Program-made: the position numbers and the translations under genes
Notes under the pieces: generated by a model
Database searches by the model: none
Told to the model about the DNA's origin: nothing
Seen by the model: the letters and a program-made list of their open reading frames with translations, nothing else
Shown: positions 53,545 to 64,000 of the stretch, one piece after another
Layout: every line of letters starts with the position of its first letter
Numbering within the stretch: position 1 is the first letter of the stretch
Source of the DNA: Phoronis australis
Taxonomy: Eukaryota > Animalia > Phoronida
Assembly (NCBI GenBank): GCA_002633005.1
Contig: NMRA01000562.1
Location: 59,585-123,584 of the forward strand
Length of the DNA: 64,000 nucleotides
Reading direction: 5' to 3'

Positions 53545-56485
53545 TTACCAAATAGAATTAACCTTGCTATAAAATTCATAATTACCATTTCGTCGAAACT
53601 GAACACCACGTTTCGTCGTAATGGCTCTTTCCAGATTTTTCCAGAACTCTTCCTTTTCCTCGTCTTCTTCCGGCCATAGAAAGTACAGATCGTGGCGGAG
53701 CAAGTGTTTAATTCCTTGAGGAAGGTTGCAAACAACAAAATCTCCTGTAACAATAGGAATTATGAATCCTTTTCCTCGGGCCGTACTCATGCGCATTTCA
53801 AAGTTCTGCGTAACTGAGTTTTCAGTGCTCGAAGTGACCAAAACAAGAACTTTCTTGCTTCGATACAATTGCTCAAAGATCTCGTCAAACACACATGAAC
53901 CTGGTTGCGAGTTACGAGGCCAAAAGAAAACATCTAAGNAACTCTTCCTTTTCCTCGTCTTCTTCCGGCCATAGAAAGTACAGATCGTGGCGGAGCAAGT
54001 GTTTAATTCCTTGAGGAAGGTTGCAAACAACAAAATCTTCTGTAACAATAGGAATTATGAATCCTTTTCCTCGGGCCGTACTCATGCGCATTTCAAAGTT
54101 CTGCGTAACTGAGTTTTCAGTGCTCGAAGTGACCAAAACAAGAACTTTCTTGCTTCGATACAATTGCTCAAAGATCTCGTCAAACACACATGAACCTGGT
54201 TGCGAGTTACGAGGCCAAAAGAAAACATCTAAGCCTTTATTATGTAGCCCAGTAAATAATTGAAACGCAATGTCACGATCGTCCTCACTGAATGAAATGT
54301 AGAGGTCATATTCGAATGTGTTGGCGTTCGGATTGCCTCTTTTTCTCAGTTTATTCTTTGTTTGGTACACCAAGTACTTAATATTCCACCGACAATAAAG
54401 TACAACTACTACGCCGATTATGACTACAGAAGTAACTGTCACGCACACAATAAGAAATGTCTCGTACCAGCAGCTAAACCCCAGACGAGTCAAATCAAGG
54501 TCAACGAGTTTTATGCGTTCCCTGCCATTTGTACAAGTCAACTCTTCTTTGCCTTTTAAGGCAACTAGGGATTTGTTACTTCGTATCATATCGTAAAATT
54601 CTTTGTTGTTGCAGTTTTGGCAACTGAGTTCGCTCAGACCACTGACATTCACTACATGTCTTCCAAACGTAGACAATGTTTTGAAGAAAGCTGTCTGGAA
54701 GTTTTTGAATTCTTGAATATCACAATTGCTCAGGTCTATAAGTGTAAATCCAGGAAAGAGTGAGAAGTCAAGTTCGAATGTTAATAAAGGGTTTTTCTGT
54801 AGATTCAAGATGACGAGAGAGGTGCAATTCGAAAACATGGCTTTTGGAATTGTTGTCAACATGTTGTCAGTTAGGTCTATTTCTTTAATGTTTTGGAGGT
54901 TACTAAAGATTGCAACCAATTCAGTATCATTTGTAAACAACCCAATGCGGTTAACAGCAAGAAGAAGTGTTCGCAGTGATGGTAAAGCGCGGAAGAATTC
55001 GGGATGAACATACTCAAGATGGGCATGCTCCAAGTTCAAGTGCTTCAAACCGTTTAAGCCGTAAGCCGGCCACTCAAATCGATTCCATTTTATATAGGAG
55101 ATATCCAACCTGGTCAAACTGTTGGCATCGATAGAGCACGTAAGCTGTGGACCACACCAGAAATCCGAGGTGTTGGCAGGGCGATTTATGATTACATTTA
55201 AATTCAGAAAATCTATGTGGCTGACAGTGAGATTCTCTACATGAAATTTTACTTGAAGTGTTTCGCCGACATTTGCTGAATAAACCATTGTCAAGTTCTC
55301 TTTGTCGTCATCTTCTTGTAGTTGTTTAGCATTTTTAACTTGGTTCCAGAACTCCAAGTTAACGTCAGACGAGCATGTAGAAGGACTGTTGGATTGTGTT
55401 AGATAGGAGACCATAAGTGTTTGAAATCTCTGCATTAGACCGAGAACAAACACTTCGGAGTTAGGACCATATTGGAGAAGCAATGGATTATAATTACCGT
55501 TCAAATATTTGACAGAACGAAGATGGCGCCAAAATCTTCTTATTGTAGTGAGTGAGTTATCACGGATGGAAAGGCTAACCAACGGAACCTGATGTAAAGA
55601 CTTGAACTGTTTATCTTGAAGTTTGAGACATTCGTCTGTGTGTTCATAAACGCTATCAAGATTGAGAACTCGAAGAACAGTTGAGTTTTCAAAGCTTGGA
55701 AGGATCGGGGCAAACAAATCCGGGTTTCTGTTTTTGGTGAAAGGACAAGAATAATCTAAAGCTTGGAGACTGTGCGCAACAGGTAGCAGTGCCAGAGGAT
55801 CTACCGTATCGAACTGAACTTTCCGCAACGACAGTACTTTGACTGAAATATTACGTAATACACTGAAAGTTTCTTGGTCCATTGACTGAAATTCGGATTC
55901 TGTGAGGTCTAATACTGTGACGTTTTCCATTAGAGCCAAAGAAAGGGGAATGTGGTGATTGACAATGCGCAAAGAAAGTCGTGTCAACTGCCGTAAGTCG
56001 TAAAATGCCACGTTCAGACAAGACGGTGAGCTAGCCCGCACCTTAAACATATTGAATTCTAGGAGAGATTGTATAAGGCGGAACGGTCTAGATTTGCAGC
56101 TAAAGTCAAGAGACTCGGCAACTTTTTCCATATTGAGAACTTTCAAGGATTGAAGCCCACGGAAGCTGTTCGAGTAAATAGTAAAACAATGATCCTCTGC
56201 ATCTATCATGGACGACAAGTCGAGTTCACGCAGTTTGGAATAACGTTGCAGTGATCCATTCGGAATATCTCGCATCTTGTTACCACCAACTCGAAGAACA
56301 GTTACGTCTTTAGGAATATGAAGGGGCAAGGAACGGAGATTTCTGTTGGTACACGTGACTATGACGTCAATGCCATTCCTTTCACAAATACACTTGCTGT
56401 CACACTCGAGAGAGCTGGAGTTGAGTTTTGCCGACAAAACACACGCACACAACACCAGCACAACCACGACACGAGTATTTAACAT
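53545..56485 (-). CDS. Toll-like receptor B, about 881 aa after removing a 295-nt assembly-overlap duplication
   Basis: ORF 56485-53912 is a close paralog of TLR A. Its C-terminus is completed by 53545-53644 once the repeated 294 bp plus N is collapsed (2941-295 = 2646 nt = 881 aa plus stop). Confidence 0.88.
53645..54233. other. 294-bp tandem duplication across a single N: probable unmerged contig overlap
   Basis: 53645-53938 matches 53940-54233 apart from one substitution seen (TCTCCTG vs TCTTCTG). N at 53939. Confidence 0.85.
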
Positions 56486-56779
56486 CCTGTAATGAACAAA
56501 ACATTAAATCTTGTTTAAAATGGTTTTAAAGATAGTCCATCCCTTTAATTTCTCATAATAAAAATTTGAGGTACATGTGCAACTCGTCAATTTCCGTCAC
56601 CGTTTCTCCAGACAATCCCAAAGATGGCCTCGTTTTAAAATTCCCAAATGAAAAGTTCCAAACCTTACATATATTCCCCGAACCCAAAGGTAAATTTCAA
56701 TGTTTTGGTTACGTTTTTGCCGGTAAACAGCACTCATACATGTTAGTACAATACATAATGACGCGAGCGTTTGGTAGAT

Positions 56780-57249
56780 CATGTGATGGATGAGGTGACC
56801 CTTGACCAAATTAACATTGCCCGCACATTTCCGTGAAAATTGACTTTGAAATTTGTCCATTTCTGCAAATTTAACATGAAATAGAACGTATTTAAACACA
56901 ATGAAATTATACTTCCAGAATGGGTAAAATGCCCGAAATATTTCTTCGTGTAGCATTAAGTCAAATTTAGTTTTATTTTTGGCACTGGAATGCAAATTTA
57001 AGACAAAAATTCTTATTTCTGAGCGTCACCTGATGATGAAATTTTGCACTACTATTTCAAACATCTTAATACAATTTTACTGTTGTTCTAAACAGAAATG
57101 CACAACCAAACTGGAAATTTTATCAGTTACTTTCATAACAGCATTACAAATATCTCGAAGCATTTGTTTTTTCCAAAACCCGTTCAAATTTACACCGTCC
57201 AGATAATTCATACCTAAGGCCATTTAAGAGGCAGTCCATATGAAAACTA
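56780..57249. other. ~470-bp insertion in unit B just upstream of TLR B
   Basis: Flanked by GTAGAT on both sides. Unit A reads TTTGGTAGATTTTCAAAAATCAG without interruption near 30185. Confidence 0.55.
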
Positions 57250-58018
57250 GTAGATTTTCAAAAATCAGTCTATACATCAATATTCGAAACAACTTCATTT
57301 TTATACACGGATAGGTATCCTAACCAAAATCTAAATGCAAAATTCTGTGAACTCAACGGCCCCTAATTTCGCCGCTGGAGCATGAGACCACAAATTGGCA
57401 CAATTGGGCATGTTAGCCGTCTCCAAAATTGCATACTTTCAGCAACGAAAATAAGTAACTTACAAAATATATCAAAAGTTATACTTTGATGGCTGGAATA
57501 GCCAATATATACTGTGCATAATTCTGTGCCATTCATTAAAATCTGACAGCTTTGTGTTAGACATGGAGATAATCCACAGACCACTTTTTGTGGCTAATTT
57601 TAGTGGCCATTTTTGTAACCTTCTTACAGCAATAAAACACCTTGTAGCCTTGTGTGAGTTTTAGAGCATACAGTTAAAGAGCTAATTTTGATGACTGAGC
57701 AATAAAAAATCTTGCCTCAACATTACACTTTAGTGAAAATTGTCTAACAAAACTGTCTTTTTGGAAATGACGAGACCATTTGAACAATATTTTGAGCAAG
57801 AATTCTGGTTTAAATTGTTATAGAAAACAAGTCTAAGCTCTTTCAAATGAAAACAAGATGTTTTCTGGGTGTATTACTCGGTTAGTACCCCCTAAGTTTG
57901 GGGAAGTATAAAAATTGTACATGTAACCCTCTTGTTTTTTCATTTATTTGACATTATCAAGTTAGTTTAAACAGTCTGTAGGATTTATCAATGGAAATAC
58001 TGTAGATGTCTTTGAAGT

Positions 58019-58742
58019 TGTGAGAATATAGACTGGCACTGTTTTTATTTGTATTGTTTTGTTGTTCTGTTTGATTGGCATGACCCCTGAGTTAAGAACA
58101 GTGATGATGTAATTTGTTTACTACAGAATAGTATGGAACTTTCTAGAAGACTGAGGTCAGTAAAATGATGATGTCATTTATTTACTACAGTATAGTGTGG
58201 AACTTTCTAGAAGACTAGCATGACACTGATTAATGCAGTCTGGAATATTCTACAGACTACTAAATGTTGTAGAATGATTGGGTAGATTCCAGAATGTTCT
58301 GGCATGTTTTAATTGATGAAAAGTTCTAGAACAATGCATTAGTCTATAAATACCCAGACACCGGTTTTTTTTAGATAGTTGATCAGAAGTTAATCAAACA
58401 GTTAATCAGGAGAATTACAGTTGAGTTTCAGTGAAGAGAATCAGCAGTTACAGTGAGAGTCAATAGAGAACCAGCTATAGAGATAACAGATTATTGAATC
58501 AACGATTGTAACAGTTGCTGGAAGTGTCTCAGAATTTCATCACAAGTCAAGGCTTCGCAGCACTGGCTGGAGCATAGAACAAACATTACGTCGGAGGTCT
58601 TGTTTGAGTAGGCTTGTGAGCGTACGGTCGAGATTAATAAAGGATTAACTCGAACCAATCTTCAGTCAATCGTCGCACCGAAAGTTATTAGCACCGGTCT
58701 GTCACAACCTGCGCCCACCCACACACCGGGTAAAACGTGACA
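58019..58742 (+). mobile_element. Solo LTR (724 bp) of an LTR retrotransposon
   Basis: TG...CA termini (TGTGAGAA ... CGTGACA), 5-bp TSD GAAGT, TATAAA at 58345 and AATAAA at 58636. Empty site TTTGAAGTTTGAAT in unit A near 30616. Confidence 0.88.
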
Positions 58743-60086
58743 GAAGTTTGAATGAGTCACATTGGACGGCTTTGTGCTAGACAGGGGAGATAATCAACAG
58801 ACTACTTTTAATAGCTAATCTTAGCGACCCTTTTACTGCCATATTGCGCCTTGTAGCTTTATGTAACTTTTTGAACATACAGCTAAGGAGTAAATTTTTA
58901 TGATTGATGAAAAATATCTAACCTCAACTTCACAATTAGTGAATATTCGCTGTGCACAACAGTCGATTTTGGAAATGCTAATTAATAGTGAGCACAGTCC
59001 CAGAAATCGCTTTTGCATCATATTTCTAGGTTCTCATTCACTTCCTTGCACACATTCACAAGTGAGACCGAGCTCAGAGGAATAGGAGACACCTTTGTGC
59101 AATGCTCCAATGTCAGTCCATTGCACGTCCTTGCCCTCCGTCGACACCTCACTAAGTGGCACCCCATCCTCATTTGGTAGCTGGGTAATTTGTAGCCCCT
59201 CTGTTAACAGCGCGGCGGAACCCCTTGCTACGGCACAGAAACAGTCACTCGGTATATTTGCTATGAAGTCCGGACCGTTGTGTTGAACGGTGTCTGCCAT
59301 GAACTGAATCATGAATGAAATTGTTTTTCACGAATTGTTTTCTCTTGACCTTGAACGTACACTGTACATGTAGCCTTTTCATACCGCGTACTTTAAAAAA
59401 TATTCAACGTCGCAAAATTACAATGAGTTTTTACCCAGTTGAAGCTTTTTGCACTGAAAAGCGAGAGGTCTAAATCCCCGTAGATACTGCCTCCCTCGCT
59501 ATGTCAGTGGCTTTTACAACGAAGATAAAAAACACGAGTTAGGCAGATTTGGCTGGCAGTCGCGTCCACAGTCTCCTTGTAAACAAACAGCGGCGCCGTC
59601 TATCATTTAGACGATGCACGCATGCCAGTCACAATTTATGTAAATATTTTTTTAACAAGCAATAATCATCAGTGTGATTTTGAGAAAATGCTAATTAATG
59701 TTATTGTCTGCTTAATTTCTAAAATACAAGCTTTTTACGTCGTTTTTGCAAGCACATCTCGATGGTTCCCGCCGTACCGCTAGGTGGTAGCCAGCACGCA
59801 GGTATCATTTAATTTTCCTCGGGAAATTTTTTTACACCTGCGTTTCTGATTGGCTGGTCGAATTTTCATCAGGCGGCACTTTACACAAACAAACTGGCAT
59901 GACTGGAAGTGTAAATATGATCTGTTGTACAGACAAATCGGTGCTTAAATTTCATGTTAAAAATGGGAATCCCAGAAAATTTTGGTTGCGCCTTTTCGGA
60001 GTGCATCTTTCTACTGTCGCTGACTTTTGTTTAGGCCTACGTCACTGTCCTATATTCATACAGTATGAATAACACTCTAGTTAAAT

Positions 60087-60150
60087 CGGACAGATATGTG
60101 TTTATTGTACATGTACATATGTACATGTACAATAAACACATATCTGTCCG
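60087..60150. repeat. Perfect 64-bp palindrome with no spacer
   Basis: CGGACAGATATGTGTTTATTGTACATGTACAT followed directly by its exact reverse complement. Confidence 0.95.
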
Positions 60151-63100
60151 TGCTTCAAGTACGCGGCTATTAAACATTACTGCACAAACGAAATAATTGC
60201 TGCCTCTCCACTTAGACTACATGACCAGCTTAAATCGCTCATAGTCCACCATTTTTTCACTTTGTTGTAAAGCTAACCAATGAGAGCCGAGGTTACATCA
60301 ACCAATGATAAAGCGCGTGCTACTGTCTGCTACGTGCGTGGTGGCTACCACTTAGCAGCACACAGGGAACCAGCGAGTTTGCACGTTTCAAGAGGCCCCC
60401 TATTGGTGGTTGAGGCCAATGAGATAAATATGTATAGCTCATTGTTTGAGGCAACTGAGAACAGGCAAATAGGACGAAGTTCAGTTAGTGTAATGCTTCG
60501 TAAGTAGAAACTACGGAAGAGACAAGATTTTTTTATTGTAGAGTATGAAGTGGTAAGGAATGACTAAACAAATTATTATAAGGTCAGTTTTTGAAAATGT
60601 GCAATATGGCTGCAACAGAGTGACAAATTTTACCGAAAATGGCTTCAGTGAAATCCTGTCACAAAAAACAAAAACATACAAATTTGAAAATCAATTTTGA
60701 AAGTTAGGCCATTAAATCATTCCATCATAATCCTATAAAACTGTTGCAAAATGGAGGTACATGTCTTAAAAAGAGAAATAATAATGGATGAAAATTCTTA
60801 AAAATCGAAAGTTTTCTACATCTCACTAAACCTATGTGCTAAGTCTAAAAAATATGTGCTACCTGTTGGTTTTTATATGAAGTCACTTCAGGACGTTTTA
60901 ACACTCTCATTACATCAATTCAGCATTAAGGTAACTTGGTAAACGCACTTTTAGGTTAAGAAAATATAAATGAACCCTAAAATTTCAAGAGAAAAATCAA
61001 TCTTCAGAATAATCATTATAGACGACACATGTTGTGGTTGCGTTCATACAGACTGTGCAACGGCAATTTGATTTTGTTTCAAAATAGAAAAAATGAAATT
61101 GATTGCAATGCCAAAACAAGATAAAAAGGAAGTCGTCCCTCAATTTATCATTGTACTGCTCCCCATCTCGACAATTGTCACCATGTTTGTCCAACGGTAC
61201 GTTCCATCTACTCGGTGTCCACGATATCCTATGTTTCCAATTTCGCAAGCCTTACAAATTCCCGTTGATTCAGTGTCTACGCAACGTCTTGGTATGCATC
61301 AAAACTATGCTCCCATATGCACAAAAATGACGTTCTCGGGTGGTCTGAAATGATTGGCAATTTCGTGAAAGTTTTTGATAAACGGACCTAAAAGTTAAAT
61401 GAAAAGGGAGAGCGGCATGGCTCTGATGCGCCCTCCGTGGCTGTGCTAGTATTATCAGTCACAGATGACACAATTCCACTTGTTTCGCCTTCTATACATC
61501 TCGGTTGTAGATGAAATGATGGACTCGCGATCAATCTACACAAGAATAGAAAAGTCGCCACTGAGGCGTTTGTTTCCAAAGCTCGAATTAAAGAGTCATG
61601 GACTGCAAACACTTGTAAATATTACCATTAAAACAGATCGTGGCGAATATTTATTTTGGGGTTGCTAACGTGAGAGTTATTCACTTTGAATATTTCAAGA
61701 ATTTCTAGAAAAAATCGTCAGATCCAAGAGTTTTTAAAACACAAACGAAAAAAATTCTTTCATTCCAATGCACTTTTCCAATTCTCCGCCCTAATAAAAT
61801 GTATGGGCAATGCGCTCACAGAAGTTGATCTGAGTGCTGCTTGAAAGCGCTATTGTTGTGTTTACATCGAAAGTAAGTCACAATTTCCAAATCAGGGAAA
61901 TGTACGTCGTCCGTCTTACCATATCAAATAAGAATAGGTGCTTTGCCATGTAGGAGAAAACTCCGCGAAGTAATGAGCAGCTGACATGTTGACGTCATCA
62001 GAAATTCAAAATCTTTACGAATAAACAGTAAAAATACCTGGCGAAAAGTTCACTTCCGTGTCAATGGCAGAGAACCGTTTTAAATAATGCAATTTATTTT
62101 TTTTCACGGCCGATGTCATTTTAAGATCAAAAGTACGTAATGCGTGATGCGTTCAATGCATCGTTGAGCAAAAAATAAAAAGAAACGTTTGTCCGTAAAG
62201 CGAAAATGTGTAACTCCTACTTAGTTTCATTCGAAACAGATTGTGTTAGTAGCGATTGCGTTCACAAGGCGGAGGTAAATTGCGTTTTCATGACATAAGC
62301 GACGGGGTTTCTAATTGAGGACAAGTTCGTGCTTTCCCAAAAATAAATTTGTTTCACAGGGTCAGAGGCCTTTGTTTGAAAAACCCGTGCAGATTTGGTC
62401 AGAATACAGTTATGGTCGTAGGCGGCGCACCAAAAGGGGCTTATTTCAGTGTTGGTGCTAGCAGGATTTAGTACACTAAGACAAACTTCTGAATCTCCTA
62501 TATGAGGAAAAGACACCCACATTACAAAGGGAACTAGTTTTTACTGAGCCGCGGATGCATCGGAAAGAGAGAACACGTCGGCCCACAAAGTTTGAGCAGG
62601 GGTGAATGTTGAGACGATGAGCACGGAAATCGATGAATCGTGGGTTTGGTAGCTGGTATCAAGAAATACGGGTATGAACTTGGAAAAGTGTAACAAAACA
62701 CCTTTGAATAACACAGAATATAGTTAAACATGTTCTTGAAACTGAGTTTGAAATGTATGTTTGCTATTTTGAAGAAAATATTTTGCTAGTTTGGCCGTTG
62801 TATAATGAACAGATGTTTACTGGTTGGAGAAACAACATTTGACCAAATCTACGCAAGTGTTAAAGCCCTGAAAAGGTCAACACAGGTGTTTTCTAGATGT
62901 GTTCTTATATGGAACATAAGTTGACAAAGACCTAAAAGAGTAGGGAATGAAATAAGATATGACTGTTTATGAGGAGGGTAGCCCGAAGTGAGCATTCGTA
63001 TCACGGTAATCATGAAAAATATACGAGCAGGGTTTGAAATAAAATTTAAAAAGTGTGACAAGTATAAATGTATGCGACCAAGTTCATTCAGTGACGACTT

Positions 63101-63513
63101 TTCAGCAGCAAAAAGGTGTAGCCCCTGATACTTACTTGAGTCGCAAACAACTGCAAGTAACACACGTAAGGTTATGTGCTGTGTAGGACAACGTAAAAAT
63201 ACCCTAAGACGACTAAATTCAGAATAACATATCTCAAAACTTGATGGTCGGATTCACGCGAAACTCTGAGACACTATGTTTTGTGCGATATTCTCAAAAA
63301 GTGGTTGGAATTGTTTCGAAATTCTTGTAAAACTTGTAACATTGTTTATGTTAACTCATTGTGGGCAATTGTATCTAATAAAATTTGATCATGTTACTGA
63401 TAATGTTGTTTTGCTGCCAATATTCCGTTTTTTGCCAAAGTTCACTAAAAGCATGATCACGTGACCTACATGTAGTTACAAACAGATGGATCAAAATACA
63501 TACCTTCACCGAG

Positions 63514-63516
<3 letters not shown>

Positions 63517-63591
<75 letters not shown>
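63517..63591. repeat. (AT)n microsatellite abutting an N
   Basis: Uninterrupted AT dinucleotide run, with N at 63592. Confidence 0.97.
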
Positions 63592-64000
63592 NCTGTGGGG
63601 TTGCAAAAAATTGTGGGGTATATATAATGCCCCACAATTTCAGACCTATCAGAAACTGTTATTTGGTATGCACAGTACCTCCACGTGTATTCTGTCAACA
63701 ACTTGGTTTCATCACAACATCATATATATAACTCTGTGCAGTCTCTCCCAAAAGATGTCACTGTCATTATGAGTGTCCTGCCACAGAGTGCCATATGTGA
63801 CCTACATTGGTATACTGTTATGTAATGGCCATGGAGGATATTAAGTTACTTGACCTTCCACTGCAACAAGCGTCTGAGGTTTTGATTTTAGTGTTAATAG
63901 AGTTGGGGTTGAACATCCATTTTAGAGTTTGAGTTGAGACAAGTTTTACTTCGTTTTATCTGAAACAAGAATGTTTGTGTGGAAGATGGTACATCCCAGA

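Larger units (their letters stand above)
47416..62917 (+). repeat. Segmental duplication unit B
   Basis: Collinear with 18085-34745. Confidence 0.9.

Noticed and set aside
53545-54048. Separate TIR-only gene (167-aa ORF)
   Set aside because: Chimeric reading through the N at an assembly overlap; it is the C-terminus of TLR B.
63375-63731. ORFs with IY repeats
   Set aside because: Translation of the (AT)n microsatellite.

Overview
AT-rich eukaryotic (invertebrate animal, by inference) genomic DNA with spliceosomal introns. It holds two tandem clan-2 (CYP2-like) cytochrome P450 genes on the + strand. The first is 5'-truncated by the window and appears disabled: a 2-bp frameshift in the I-helix, ExxR changed to ExxQ, and a GC donor. 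The second is complete (7 coding exons, 510 aa). Two single-coding-exon Toll-like receptors follow on the - strand (883 aa and about 881 aa). The TLR pair arose from a ~16 kb segmental duplication (about 18.1-34.7 kb vs 47.4-62.9 kb) that also copied the last intron and exon of the P450. The rest is dense with transposon relics: Penelope-like, hAT, Kolobok/THAP, Sola3-like, Harbinger-like MITEs, a solo LTR and a tRNA-derived SINE head. Main observations: patchy divergence concentrated in the central TLR ectodomain, non-canonical TIR motifs, a probable gene-conversion tract between the P450s, and a speculative decayed Mab-21/cGAS-like remnant between the TLRs. I cannot support a wholly new biological system from sequence alone; the best candidate is a fast-evolving innate-immune/detoxification locus.
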